A stretch of 64,000 nucleotides of DNA from Bacteriovoracaceae bacterium (GTDB taxonomy: Bacteria > Bdellovibrionota > Bacteriovoracia > Bacteriovoracales > Bacteriovoracaceae): contig JBLWTJ010000001.1 of the NCBI GenBank assembly GCA_048270185.1, positions 320,001-384,000 of the forward strand, given 5' to 3'. Made by a program: the position numbers and the translations under genes. The notes below the pieces were generated by a model. That model was given only the letters and a program-made list of their open reading frames with translations. It was not told where the DNA came from and made no database searches. The stretch's first letter is position 1. The number at the start of each line of letters is the position of its first letter. Shown in pieces: positions 49,684-59,517 of this stretch.

Positions 49684-50412
49684 ATGTGTTTTTCAATTGA
49701 GGCCCAATCTAATTTAAAGAAATTGTCTAAAGACTTAGGTATCGGTCTTAATAAGACTGCCTATGAAAGTTTTAAAATGATGCAAGAGCTTGAATCATCT
49801 ATCGAACAGGATCAAATTAAGAAAATTTTAGGACTCAAGAGAAAACCACAATCCGATATCTTTCGTACGCCAGAAAATGATGGAAGAGTTTTTCCCAACT
49901 ACTTTACCAACGTCGTAAGCCTTCATAATGGGGTAAAAGAGTTTGGTCCGATGAGATACCGAGTTCGCCCAGCTCATTCAAGTGAAGAGATTCCTACAAA
50001 GTTTAATGTCTTTAACGCACGCTTGGACTCGCTAGAAAAAAGGCAAACCTGGGCGCCATTGTTTATGCGCAAGCATGGAGTGATCCCATTTAATGCATTC
50101 TATGAGTGGGTTATTAAAGATGGAAAAAAAAGTCTCATTAAGTTTGCACCAACTTCCTCTGACACCATGTGGGCACCTTGTCTCTGGGATGAATGGAAGA
50201 GTAACGATGGGCTCATAAGCTTTAAATCCTTTGCAATTATAACAACCGATCCACCAAAAGAAATCGAAGTCATGGGACACGACCGCTGCCCTATTTTTAT
50301 ACAAGATCAATTTATTGATAGTTGGCTTAATCCAAAAGACTTAAATCCAGAAGATGCTTATGAGATTCTAACCCATCCAAAGAACGAAAAGTATCGATAC
50401 GAATGGGCCTAA
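49684..50412 (+). CDS. SOS response-associated peptidase (SRAP/YedK/HMCES family)
   Basis: Start refined to give Met-Cys; FNAR, FYEW, FAIITT, HDRCP. Confidence 0.9.
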   Translation: MCFSIEAQSNLKKLSKDLGIGLNKTAYESFKMMQELESSIEQDQIKKILGLKRKPQSDIFRTPENDGRVFPNYFTNVVSLHNGVKEFGPMRYRVRPAHSSEEIPTKFNVFNARLDSLEKRQTWAPLFMRKHGVIPFNAFYEWVIKDGKKSLIKFAPTSSDTMWAPCLWDEWKSNDGLISFKSFAIITTDPPKEIEVMGHDRCPIFIQDQFIDSWLNPKDLNPEDAYEILTHPKNEKYRYEWA

Positions 50413-50428
50413 AAGAATAAAGTTGAAA

Positions 50429-50914
50429 TTACGAAATCGAGATAACTTCGTACTCACGAGTGATATCACCAGTCTCAACTTCAAAGAAGTCTCCGACTTC
50501 CATTCCTAGAGCTTCATTACCGATTGGTGAGAAAACAGAAATCACTAAAAGTGGTTTTCCATCGAGGTTTAGCATAGTACCACCGGCCGTTGGCGTAATG
50601 AAGTAATGTCTAACCTGATTATTAAATTTTAATTCGACTAACGAGCCGAGTGCAATCTTGTCACCTTTTGGTAACTCTTCAGAGAGCTCTTTAATCATAT
50701 TCACATCAATTTCTAATTCATCAACACGCTTTTTTTGAGCTCCAGCAAGATAGCCTGCTTCAATAGCACGCGTATCATACTTACCTTCCTGGGCCATATC
50801 TTTTTCCCCAGTCATTGTACGAGTTGTTTCAAAAGCTTGCTTGGCCTTTTCAAGGTCTGATTCTAGGTTAGCAATAAGTGTTTGTGCAATTTTTAATTTA
50901 TCCATGAGATCCAT
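50429..50914 (-). CDS. GreA/GreB-family elongation factor-like protein
   Basis: N-terminal coiled coil (KYDTRAIEAGYL), LGSLV, SPIGNEALG..VGD. Confidence 0.8.
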   Translation of the reverse strand: MDLMDKLKIAQTLIANLESDLEKAKQAFETTRTMTGEKDMAQEGKYDTRAIEAGYLAGAQKKRVDELEIDVNMIKELSEELPKGDKIALGSLVELKFNNQVRHYFITPTAGGTMLNLDGKPLLVISVFSPIGNEALGMEVGDFFEVETGDITREYEVISIS

Positions 50915-50999
50915 AATATCGGATATTTGGCCGATCCAAAAGAGTGTATAATTTTCATCTAGACTATATCAAAAAAGCGCTTTGGTCTATAAAGACGGC

Positions 51000-51815
51000 A
51001 TGAAGTTTCTCATTGCAATTCTAACTCTATTTAGTGCTCTTGCTCACACACATGTGACTAAGTCTCAAAATAGTCAAAACTACCAGATTCTACCTCACGA
51101 AAATCTTGGATCAGAAGTAAATGAGAAAAGCTTTAATTTTATTGCAAAGGAAGCCTACCGCTTATATTTGACTGAAGCCGCTCGTCAAAAGCGTCCAATG
51201 ATTATTAAAACTCTCGACTGGCAGACATCCTACTTCAGTGCCTGGGCCAACCACGACGCGAAGACAGGTCTGTATGAAATTAACTTCTGGGGTGGTTTTG
51301 CAAGACTACCAGATATGACAAAGAGGGCCTTTATCTTTACGGCCTGTCATGAATTAGGACACCTACTTGGTGGTACACCACGAATTACAATAAAAGGCAT
51401 GACTCAAATGAGTACCGAAGGACAATCGGATCTCTTTGCGGCAGCAAGTTGTTACAAGACTTTTATCTTAAACAATCCTGACTACGTTGAAGCACCGACG
51501 CAGCTTAATCCTCATGCGGCGGCCATGTGTTTTGAGAAGTTTAGAGATGATGATTTTAATCAAAACCTTTGTATGGATACCATGCAAGCGGCCCGTGACT
51601 TTACGATAGCTATTAACTACGTCAATCGTAATGAGGATCGACCTCACTTTGATACGCCAGATCCAAGAGTCGTAGAAAGGACCCTTGATAGTTACCCAAG
51701 CCTTCAATGCCGTATGGATATCGCAATGAATGGTGCTTTGATGACATATATGGGCACGATTATCTCAATAAAAGACCTAGAGGATAGAAAGCCTTGCTGG
51801 TTTAAGGCCGAGTAA
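51000..51815 (+). CDS. secreted putative zinc metallopeptidase
   Basis: CHELGH..GG, EGQSDLFA, YPSLQCR, PCWF; paralog of 14745-15710. Confidence 0.7.
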   Translation: MKFLIAILTLFSALAHTHVTKSQNSQNYQILPHENLGSEVNEKSFNFIAKEAYRLYLTEAARQKRPMIIKTLDWQTSYFSAWANHDAKTGLYEINFWGGFARLPDMTKRAFIFTACHELGHLLGGTPRITIKGMTQMSTEGQSDLFAAASCYKTFILNNPDYVEAPTQLNPHAAAMCFEKFRDDDFNQNLCMDTMQAARDFTIAINYVNRNEDRPHFDTPDPRVVERTLDSYPSLQCRMDIAMNGALMTYMGTIISIKDLEDRKPCWFKAE

Positions 51816-51898
51816 TTTTGACGCTTTAGCAAGAATAATGGTCTAGAGAAAAAGTTAACCTACCTACATATAATCTTAACTTCTGCTATAATTTTAAT

Positions 51899-52531
51899 AT
51901 GCATGAACGTAATGGTGAACTCTATTCTAAATTTGAAGAAGTAATAAACTCAATGACACATAGTCTTGGAATTATCCTTGGCGTCGTTGGTACAATCATG
52001 ATGGTCATGAAGGCAAAGAGCGGAATGCATACATTTGCCTATTCTGTTTTTGGACTCTCCATTACTTTTCTCTATACAATGTCGACTCTCTACCACGGGA
52101 CTGGACACAAGAAGTTAAAACATATCTTTAGAAAGATGGACCATATTGGAATCTATCTCTTAATCGCTGGATCTTATACTCCATTTCTCCTACTCGCTAT
52201 TCGCGGTGAAACGGGAATGTGGATGATGATTAATATTTGGGCCATGGCCTTTATTGGTATTCTGATTAAATTATTTGCTTTTAATAAGTCTGAAATTCTC
52301 ACAATTATCCTGTGCCTCGTTATGGGTTGGATGGTTTTAGTCATTCGTCCAGAGCTACAAAACAGCCTAAGCTTTGATTGCCTAAAATGGATTGTCATCG
52401 GTGGCGCCTGTTACATGAGTGGAGTTCTCTTCTATCTTCGTGAAAGTCTCTACCTAGGTCATGCTATTTGGCACGTCTTTGTACTGCTAGGCACAACGTC
52501 TCATTTTTACGCGGTGTATGCATACGTCTAA
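51899..52531 (+). CDS. hemolysin III/PAQR-family membrane protein
   Basis: EE..NS.TH, STLYH, DHIGIYLLIAGSYTP, HAIWHVFV. Confidence 0.92.
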   Translation: MHERNGELYSKFEEVINSMTHSLGIILGVVGTIMMVMKAKSGMHTFAYSVFGLSITFLYTMSTLYHGTGHKKLKHIFRKMDHIGIYLLIAGSYTPFLLLAIRGETGMWMMINIWAMAFIGILIKLFAFNKSEILTIILCLVMGWMVLVIRPELQNSLSFDCLKWIVIGGACYMSGVLFYLRESLYLGHAIWHVFVLLGTTSHFYAVYAYV

Positions 52532-52632
52532 CCTTAATTTCAATAGAAATTGACTATCATATGACATAGATTCTTCATTGGATTCGTATAATTATTATTG
52601 TTATACTGAACGCAATTAATAAAGGAGAAGGT

Positions 52633-53067
52633 ATGAATACAATCAATCAATTAAAACTTATTCAAGCTGATGCACAAGTTTATTTCATGAAGCTTCACAA
52701 TATCCACTGGAATGTGACAGGAATGATGTTTCTTCCAGTCCACCAATTGACTGAAACTCTCTATAATGAATTTGCCGTCATCTTTGATGATCTAGCAGAA
52801 CGTCAACTACAACTTGGTCAAAAACCAGTTCTAACAATGGCAAATGCCCTTGAGATTAGCCGTATCAAAGAAACAAATGAATCATCATTTACAAGCAAGC
52901 AAGCTCTTGAGCTAATCCTTGCAGATAATGAGTACTTCTTAAGTGCATTCAAAGATCTGGCTTCAACAGCAGATGAGTCTAATGATGCTACAACAGTAGC
53001 TTATGCAGATGAAAAAGTAGCTTGGTTAGAAAAAGAAATTTGGCAACTAAAGGCCATGCTAGAGTAA
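52633..53067 (+). CDS. dps: DNA-binding ferritin-like protein Dps
   Basis: KLHNIHWNVTG..F..H, DDLAER, LEKEIW.L. Confidence 0.93.
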   Translation: MNTINQLKLIQADAQVYFMKLHNIHWNVTGMMFLPVHQLTETLYNEFAVIFDDLAERQLQLGQKPVLTMANALEISRIKETNESSFTSKQALELILADNEYFLSAFKDLASTADESNDATTVAYADEKVAWLEKEIWQLKAMLE

Positions 53068-53092
53068 GACATCCTAAAATTTTTCAATACGA

Positions 53093-53698
53093 TTAGAGCC
53101 GGAAATCACCTTTCCGGCTTTTTTTTACTCGCTCAACAAAGACCTTAAAAATTTCCATCATATGATCTTTCACACCATTGCCTTCAAGAGCTTCGAGGGC
53201 ATGGGCGATGGCCTCATAGGTACAAAGGAAGTTTTCTCCAGGAGAGCGGCGAAGCTCGTAGATACTCTCACCAACATCAATTAAATGATACTTTGGCATC
53301 TGTCCGAGAATCTCCTCACGCTTATGGAATTTTTTGGCCTTCGACCATGATCCATCAGGAACGACTAAGCAAGTTGGTAGATCACTTGGTGTGAAATCTT
53401 TAAGAGGCAATGAATCCTCTGTTGGAAATAAGTATATATAATTATACTTTGAAAAATCAAAAGCTTCAGGATTGAATGGGGCACGGGCATTTCCACGTTC
53501 CATGATTTCACAACTCTCAAGAGTCTGTGTTGCGAAATAGGCAGTATTACTAGTAAGCCATCTCTCGGTATAATGCATTGGAATAATAACCTTAGTTCGG
53601 TTATTAAACTTTTTTAAGTAGTCACAGAAGCACCAATGAGTATTAATACGACATTTGGGGCAGCGTGATTCTCGTGTATCTCGACGTGACTTTGCCAT
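53093..53698 (-). CDS. DTW-domain tRNA-uridine aminocarboxypropyltransferase (TapT/YfiP-like)
   Basis: CxxC..C.C, H..E...SNT, LFP, VPDGSW, LCTYEA. Confidence 0.88.
   Translation of the reverse strand: MAKSRRDTRESRCPKCRINTHWCFCDYLKKFNNRTKVIIPMHYTERWLTSNTAYFATQTLESCEIMERGNARAPFNPEAFDFSKYNYIYLFPTEDSLPLKDFTPSDLPTCLVVPDGSWSKAKKFHKREEILGQMPKYHLIDVGESIYELRRSPGENFLCTYEAIAHALEALEGNGVKDHMMEIFKVFVERVKKSRKGDFRL
53097..53126 (+). terminator. rho-independent terminator of dps
   Basis: AGCCGGAAA-TCACC-TTTCCGGCT followed by a T run. Confidence 0.7.
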
Positions 53699-53761
53699 TT
53701 GATTGATTTATCATATTTGGTGCAAATAATACAATAACATAGCTTAAACATAGGACAAAAA

Positions 53762-55522
53762 ATGAACTACTTTAGTGATGAGCCAGAATGGAAATGGATG
53801 TTAGAAAATGCGATTGATTGGAAAACAATCATTCCACTTTACTACAAAGACTTCCCTACTGAAGATGGATTCGATAATCAAGAAGAAGTACTTAGCTTCA
53901 TGGAAGAGCTAATGACTCAAACAGGTAGTTGGGCAGCAGATGCTGTTTATAATCGTGCAGAGGCCATTGATGTCAATGGCGCCGGAGAAATCGTTGATGG
54001 TCGAACTGTTCCTGGCCCTGAGCTAAGTGCATTTTACCAAGAGGCCATTGAGCTTGGAGCTTTTGGTATTTGTGTTCCAACTGAGTTTGGTGGAATGGGA
54101 CTGCCAGCAGTTTCTCTTATGGTGTTGCTAGAGCAACTATCACGCGCCTGTAATTCACAGTGTACACAACTTGCATTCTTCACTTCAATTGCTGATATGG
54201 TTCACCGCTTTTGTGACCACGATACGGCAGAAAGAATTATTCCTAAAATTGTAGCTGGAGAACTTTCAGGATCAATGAATCTAACTGAGCCAGGTTGTGG
54301 ATCAGATCTAGGAATGATTAAAACTTCGGCAACTCCAGTTGGAGATGGAACATACAAACTAAATGGATCAAAGATTTTCATCACTAATGGTGGCGGAGGA
54401 ATAGGCTTTGTTCTTGCACGTATAAAAGGTGCCCCTGAAGGACTTGGTGGAATATCAATGTTTATTTGCGAGCAAGATGAGCCTGGTGTTGAAGGACCAA
54501 ATTACATTGTTGCAAAGAATGAGCATAAAATGGGAATGCATGGATCATTTACATGTGAAATCGTTTATGAAAACTCGATAGCCAGACTTATTGGTGAAGA
54601 AGGACAAGGCTTCAAGTATATGCTTCACCTCATGAATGAAGCACGTATTGCTGTTGGAATGCAGGCCCTAGGCGGAATCGAAGGTTGTATTGGTTATGCA
54701 AGAAAGTATGCGGATGAGCGCGTACAATTTGATAGGCCAATTTCAGAACTTCCACTAATGAAGAGAAATCTCAGTGATTTCGAAACAGAAAGAGATGCTC
54801 TTAGAGCGCTTTTAGTTGATACAATCTCTTCTTATGATATTTTCCAAAAGCTCGATCTTAAAAAGAATGAAATTGGTAGTCTATCAAAAGAAGAAGAGGC
54901 TACATTTAAGAATGCTTCAATATGGACAAGAAAGAGAACACCACTTGTAAAATACTACGCGTGTGAAACTTATACTTACCTTTCAACTAAGGCCATCCAA
55001 GTACTTGGTGGATACGGATTTATGGAAGAATATCCAGTAAGTCGCTATCACAGAGACTCATTTGGTCCACTCCTCTATGAAGGAACAAGTCAGATTCAGG
55101 CCCTTATGGCCCTTAAAGATATGATTAAGTATGCGGCCAAGAATCCTAAGAAGTACTTTTCGAATCTATTTATTAAGCATCCTGCATTTGCATGGGTTAA
55201 TAGTGACGGTCTAGGACAAAAAGAATTAACTACGACTCAATATACATTCAAGAAGAATCTCGTAAAGCTAATCATGAGCTGCCTCAAACCTAAGAAGCTA
55301 TCAGATCTTACAAATCCAAAAGCATGGATGAATGAAGAGAATATCGACAAGCTTATGATTCATGCCGAAACGATTTGTCAGGGACTCTCTTACCTTGAAA
55401 CGCTAAGAGTTTTGGCAAACCACGCTTCAATGGATAAGTCACGTCATGACCTATTTAAGCGCTATCACACTCTTGTGACTCCGAGATTAACTGGTATTTA
55501 TAAAGATTGGGAAATTAGATAA
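53762..55522 (+). CDS. acyl-CoA dehydrogenase
   Basis: MNLTEPGCGSDL, NGSKIFITNG, EHKMG, MNEAR, RVQF, AIQVLGGYG, YEGTSQIQ. Confidence 0.93.
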   Translation: MNYFSDEPEWKWMLENAIDWKTIIPLYYKDFPTEDGFDNQEEVLSFMEELMTQTGSWAADAVYNRAEAIDVNGAGEIVDGRTVPGPELSAFYQEAIELGAFGICVPTEFGGMGLPAVSLMVLLEQLSRACNSQCTQLAFFTSIADMVHRFCDHDTAERIIPKIVAGELSGSMNLTEPGCGSDLGMIKTSATPVGDGTYKLNGSKIFITNGGGGIGFVLARIKGAPEGLGGISMFICEQDEPGVEGPNYIVAKNEHKMGMHGSFTCEIVYENSIARLIGEEGQGFKYMLHLMNEARIAVGMQALGGIEGCIGYARKYADERVQFDRPISELPLMKRNLSDFETERDALRALLVDTISSYDIFQKLDLKKNEIGSLSKEEEATFKNASIWTRKRTPLVKYYACETYTYLSTKAIQVLGGYGFMEEYPVSRYHRDSFGPLLYEGTSQIQALMALKDMIKYAAKNPKKYFSNLFIKHPAFAWVNSDGLGQKELTTTQYTFKKNLVKLIMSCLKPKKLSDLTNPKAWMNEENIDKLMIHAETICQGLSYLETLRVLANHASMDKSRHDLFKRYHTLVTPRLTGIYKDWEIR

Positions 55523-55534
55523 CCGAGTTTATAG

Positions 55535-55558
55535 AAGGCGGCGAAAGTCGCCTTTTTT
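55535..55558 (+). terminator. rho-independent terminator
   Basis: AAGGCGGC-GAAA-GTCGCCTT followed by a T run. Confidence 0.8.
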
Positions 55559-55565
55559 ATTTGTA

Positions 55566-56246
55566 CTATTGAAGAATATATTCTTCGACAAATTGAGTAC
55601 TGACCTGAGAATTTCCATTACTACATAACGATTGGTATTCTGCCTTTTCAACCAGAGCATTACGAGTTTGACCAGCATTGGCTTCAATTGTCAGTATCGC
55701 TTTTTCAATAAGTTTATTAGTTCCATTTTCAACAACAATCATACCTTTCTCAACGATATTTGAAGACGGAAAAGAATAAACAAATCCAGAATTAATATGA
55801 TTCGTATACACTGTATTAAGGTCATCTCCATTACTATTGGCAACACAGTAATCGGCCATAATACCATTCATATCAGTTTCAATATTTGTTGTAATTAAGA
55901 AACCTCTAGTAAGATTAAGATATGAAGTCCCTGAGTAAGGTGATTGAATAGTTGCTTCAGAGTTATACGTTTTAGAAGAAGCCGAACATGTACCTTGAAC
56001 AACAGTATAGCGTACTGATGCGATATCATTTGTACTTCTAATATCCATTCGCATAACACCCAGACGAGAGCAAATTGATCGAATATTAGAAATTGCAAAT
56101 TCATCTAAACTTGCTTGAACTTCGACAGAGTCACCAACGCTATAACTTGATAGCGAGGCGCCCCCTTTTCCATACTCACCACAAGACACGAGAGAGACAA
56201 GAAAGCCTAAAATAAGAATAAATTTTAAATTTCTAAAATTACTCAT
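55566..56246 (-). CDS. hypothetical lipoprotein
   Basis: Lipobox LVS-C. Confidence 0.75.
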   Translation of the reverse strand: MSNFRNLKFILILGFLVSLVSCGEYGKGGASLSSYSVGDSVEVQASLDEFAISNIRSICSRLGVMRMDIRSTNDIASVRYTVVQGTCSASSKTYNSEATIQSPYSGTSYLNLTRGFLITTNIETDMNGIMADYCVANSNGDDLNTVYTNHINSGFVYSFPSSNIVEKGMIVVENGTNKLIEKAILTIEANAGQTRNALVEKAEYQSLCSNGNSQVSTQFVEEYILQ

Positions 56247-56254
56247 CCTTATGT

Positions 56255-56281
56255 TTATCGACTTAAAACTTAAGAAACTTA
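56255..56281 (-). promoter_or_regulatory. sigma28-like promoter
   Basis: TAAG-N15-GTCGATAA, 8 bp before ATG 56246. Confidence 0.55.
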
Positions 56282-56324
56282 AATTGCTATGGCCGTGTAA
56301 TTGTCACGATGTTAAATTTTACCT

Positions 56325-57080
56325 ATGAATTTCAAAACAAATCTTGGTGAATATAGGCCAATTCAGACTGAAGACGGCCAAATTACTTTATATAGCTCTC
56401 TCTATGATGAGAATTGTCACTCAACATCAGGGGCCCTTGAAGAAACGCTCTATAATTATATTCAAGGTTGTGATGTTATTAACAGAGCAAATATATCACC
56501 TATCACGATTCTTGAAATAGGACTTGGAGTAGGCCTAGGCGTTCTATGTACATTTGAACAAACAAGAAATTGCCATTTTCCTATCAAGTTCATTTCAACC
56601 GAAATTGATCCAGGCCTTGTTAAGTGGGTTTTTGAACAAGAACAATTTAAGGCCATCAAGTCTGACGAAGTGATGACTAATGAATCATACAGAGCGAAAC
56701 TTGGCGATAATTTTGAAATTGAAGTCTTAATTGGTGATGCTCGCAAAACCTTAAAGAATATAGACTTAGAGGATAAGATTGACTGTATTTTTCAAGATGC
56801 ATTTTCTCCGCAAAAAAACGGCTCTCTTTGGACAAAAGAATGGTTCAAGAATCTGCGAAGTTTATGTGGTAATAATTCTGTCATGACAACTTATAGCGCG
56901 GCCGTAAAAATAAGAAAGGCCATGTTGGATGCTGGTTTCTTTGTTACTAATATGAAAGGTTTTGGAAATAAGCGAAGTGCAACCCGTGCCTATACAAATA
57001 TCGAATTTAGAGACCTTGAGCTTGAAGACACTTTAACTCGCTCAAAGACACCTCCACTATCAGATAAGGATTTAGAATGA
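56325..57080 (+). CDS. mnmD: tRNA mnm5s2U34 methyltransferase (stand-alone MnmC methyltransferase domain)
   Basis: TEDG.TLYS..YDE.CHS..GA.EE, LEIGLG, DAFSP, TYSA. Confidence 0.8.
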   Translation: MNFKTNLGEYRPIQTEDGQITLYSSLYDENCHSTSGALEETLYNYIQGCDVINRANISPITILEIGLGVGLGVLCTFEQTRNCHFPIKFISTEIDPGLVKWVFEQEQFKAIKSDEVMTNESYRAKLGDNFEIEVLIGDARKTLKNIDLEDKIDCIFQDAFSPQKNGSLWTKEWFKNLRSLCGNNSVMTTYSAAVKIRKAMLDAGFFVTNMKGFGNKRSATRAYTNIEFRDLELEDTLTRSKTPPLSDKDLE

Positions 57081-58003
57081 ATATAAGAACTCAAGGCAAA
57101 ACAATCTGTGACCTCTTTAATATTGAGTACCCAATTATTCAAGGTGGTATGGTTTGGGTCTCAGGCGCAAAGCTTGCTGCGGCCGTAAGTAATGCCGGAG
57201 GCCTGGGCCTTGTTGGTGCAGGTTCAATGAAACCAGATTTACTTCGCACTCATCTGCAAAAAGCAAAGTCACTTTTAAATGACGGCAAACAAGTTGGTGT
57301 AAATATTCCACTTCTCTATCACCTCGTTGAAGAGCAAATTAATGTCGCCCTTGAAGAAGGAATCAAAATCTTCTTTACTTCAGCTGGCTCTCCAAAGAAA
57401 TATACAAAGTTTTTAAAAGACCAAGGATGCACTGTAGTTCACGTCACATCAAGTCCGGCACTTGCAAAGAAATGCGAAGATGCAGGAGTTGATGCTATTG
57501 TTGCCGAAGGCTTTGAGGCCGGAGGACATAATGGCCGCGAAGAGATCACAACAATGTGCCTTATCCCACAAGTTTGCGACACAGTTAAAATCCCAGTCAT
57601 TGCTGCTGGTGGTATTTACGATTCAAGAACAATTAAGGCCGCATTCTGTTTAGGAGCAAGTGGTGTGCAATTAGGTTCTCGCTTTCTTATGACACAAGAA
57701 AGCTCCGCTCATCAAAATTATAAAGAGATGATTGCCAAGGCAGGTCCAGGTGACACCCTTCTACAAATGAAGTCCTACGTTCCCGTAAGACTTCTTAGAA
57801 ATAAATTTGCCATCGAATCATTAGAGCTTGAAAAGAAATGTGCAAGCGTTGATGAAATCGTTGCCCACCTTGGAAAGGGCCGCGCCAAACAAGGCATGCT
57901 TGATGGTGATCTTGACGAAGGCGAATTAGAAGTTGGCCAAGTCTCTGGTGCGATAAGTGATCTCCCAACTGTTGCTGAACTTTTTAAAGAGCTTACAAAG
58001 TAA
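57077..58003 (+). CDS. nitronate monooxygenase/enoyl-ACP reductase FabK-family flavoprotein
   Basis: PIIQGGM, AVSNAGGLG, EGFEAGGH, IAAGGI, GQVSG. Confidence 0.9.
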   Translation: MNIRTQGKTICDLFNIEYPIIQGGMVWVSGAKLAAAVSNAGGLGLVGAGSMKPDLLRTHLQKAKSLLNDGKQVGVNIPLLYHLVEEQINVALEEGIKIFFTSAGSPKKYTKFLKDQGCTVVHVTSSPALAKKCEDAGVDAIVAEGFEAGGHNGREEITTMCLIPQVCDTVKIPVIAAGGIYDSRTIKAAFCLGASGVQLGSRFLMTQESSAHQNYKEMIAKAGPGDTLLQMKSYVPVRLLRNKFAIESLELEKKCASVDEIVAHLGKGRAKQGMLDGDLDEGELEVGQVSGAISDLPTVAELFKELTK

Positions 58004-58107
58004 TATTTTGTGGCGCCGCTCTGATCCTGATCATTTTTGACAGTTACTTTCTGACGTTCTTTTGCGCGTTAATTCCGACCAAAAGCGTATAAAAACGGCC
58101 ACTTAGT

Positions 58108-58123
58108 TGGCACGCCTCTTGCT
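58108..58123 (+). promoter_or_regulatory. sigma54 promoter
   Basis: TGGCAC-GCCTC-TTGCT matches the consensus. Confidence 0.75.
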
Positions 58124-58205
58124 TTATTTAATAGTGAGGAGGTTAAGATCTAAAACACACAACACACACGCACACAACACAGACATTTTGACGGAGGTCA
58201 CTGCA

Positions 58206-58760
58206 ATGAATGCATTAGGTTTATCGATAAACTTCTATCGTGAATTAATGATGACACTAGTATGGTACATCGGCTCACTCTCGTTAATGTTATCGCTCTT
58301 TGTTTTTGTCATTAGGCCAAAAATAAAAATACCAGAAGTAGAGCAAGCTGATATTAGAACACAAATGGAGATTGCAAAATTTATCCACACAAGAAAGTCA
58401 CAAGTGACTTTTGGGAATGAAAAAAATTGGAAGTACTTAAGAAAGCAGGTTTTTAGAATACAAGGGACGAAATGCCTCAAATGTGGAATCGAACACGACA
58501 ATATGCACATTGATCATATTAAACCCAAATCGATTCACCCACATTTAGAGTTTATGATTGATAATCTACAAGTGCTTTGTCCAACATGTAATCGCGAGAA
58601 GTCTAACAAGGAAGAAGTGGACTATAGAAAGTCACATCACTTAATGGCACTTGTGAATACAATTAAAGAAAATAAATTATTAAGAGAGCGCTACACTTAT
58701 GACTTTGAAGCTTTGACAAAAATTACAAAGGAAAAAATGAGATTTGAATTAGCTGCCTAA
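58206..58760 (+). CDS. HNH endonuclease with N-terminal TM segment
   Basis: RBS GGAGG; TM helix; W..LR..V, CLKCG, HIDHIKP, NLQVLCPTCNREK. Confidence 0.85.
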   Translation: MNALGLSINFYRELMMTLVWYIGSLSLMLSLFVFVIRPKIKIPEVEQADIRTQMEIAKFIHTRKSQVTFGNEKNWKYLRKQVFRIQGTKCLKCGIEHDNMHIDHIKPKSIHPHLEFMIDNLQVLCPTCNREKSNKEEVDYRKSHHLMALVNTIKENKLLRERYTYDFEALTKITKEKMRFELAA

Positions 58761-58777
58761 AAAATAAATTGAAATAA

Positions 58778-58806
58778 AAGGCCCTTGCTAATAAAGGGCC
58801 TTCTTT
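58778..58806. terminator. rho-independent terminator
   Basis: AAGGCCCTT-N7-AAGGGCCTT with A/T flanks. Confidence 0.7.
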
Positions 58807-58927
58807 GAAATTCGGAATTTAATTAATGTTATTCTACGTAAAATTATTCTTTGCTCGCCACCAAAATCAAGCCTACCTAATTGAAGACCTATTATCTCTA
58901 GTGGATTATATTTTCAATTTTATAAGC

Positions 58928-59392
58928 TTAAAGATATGATACATCTCTTAACTTTAAAAGAATCGCATCCCCTTCTGTATCAATAAGGATCTCTTCAGAA
59001 GTTGGCAGTGGTTTAGAGTTACCATAGTAAAGAACAAGTAATCCTGCATCTGTCACTAAGTCAGGATAATCAATTGCTTTTAAGATTTTAGATACAAGTC
59101 CATTTGAACCACTTAGGTAATGTTTAGTGAATGCCTTATTTCTCTCGTAGCTATAACCAAGAGTTGCGCTTACATTCTTAATGCTAACTAGTTGTTGGCC
59201 ATTGATTAGGCATTTAAAAACATTGATACCATTTTGCCATTCAAGAACTTGTGTTACTTCACAATCAACACGGGCAATACGCTCATCAGTCATAAGGTTT
59301 GTTAAATTAAAATCTAAATTAAATCGCGCAGTTGAAGTTGCGTTTGCATTTAGTGTCATTAGACATAGAAAAGTTAAGATAATTTGTTTCAT
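58928..59392 (-). CDS. secreted hypothetical protein
   Basis: Signal peptide (…NANA-T); RBS GGGAG. Confidence 0.75.
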   Translation of the reverse strand: MKQIILTFLCLMTLNANATSTARFNLDFNLTNLMTDERIARVDCEVTQVLEWQNGINVFKCLINGQQLVSIKNVSATLGYSYERNKAFTKHYLSGSNGLVSKILKAIDYPDLVTDAGLLVLYYGNSKPLPTSEEILIDTEGDAILLKLRDVSYL

Positions 59393-59517
59393 AAAAATCT
59401 CCCTATAGAATTTAGAGAGAATTTATCGAATCAACTGCAGAACTTAAACAAAACAGCGCGCAGCGACACAAGAAAATATCCCTAATTTTGAAACAATATT
59501 AACAAAACCAGAGAGTA

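Noticed and set aside
59423..59446. sigma28-like promoter TAAG-N12-TTCGATAA
   Set aside because: The spacer is 3 bp shorter than in the other candidates, so it was not counted.
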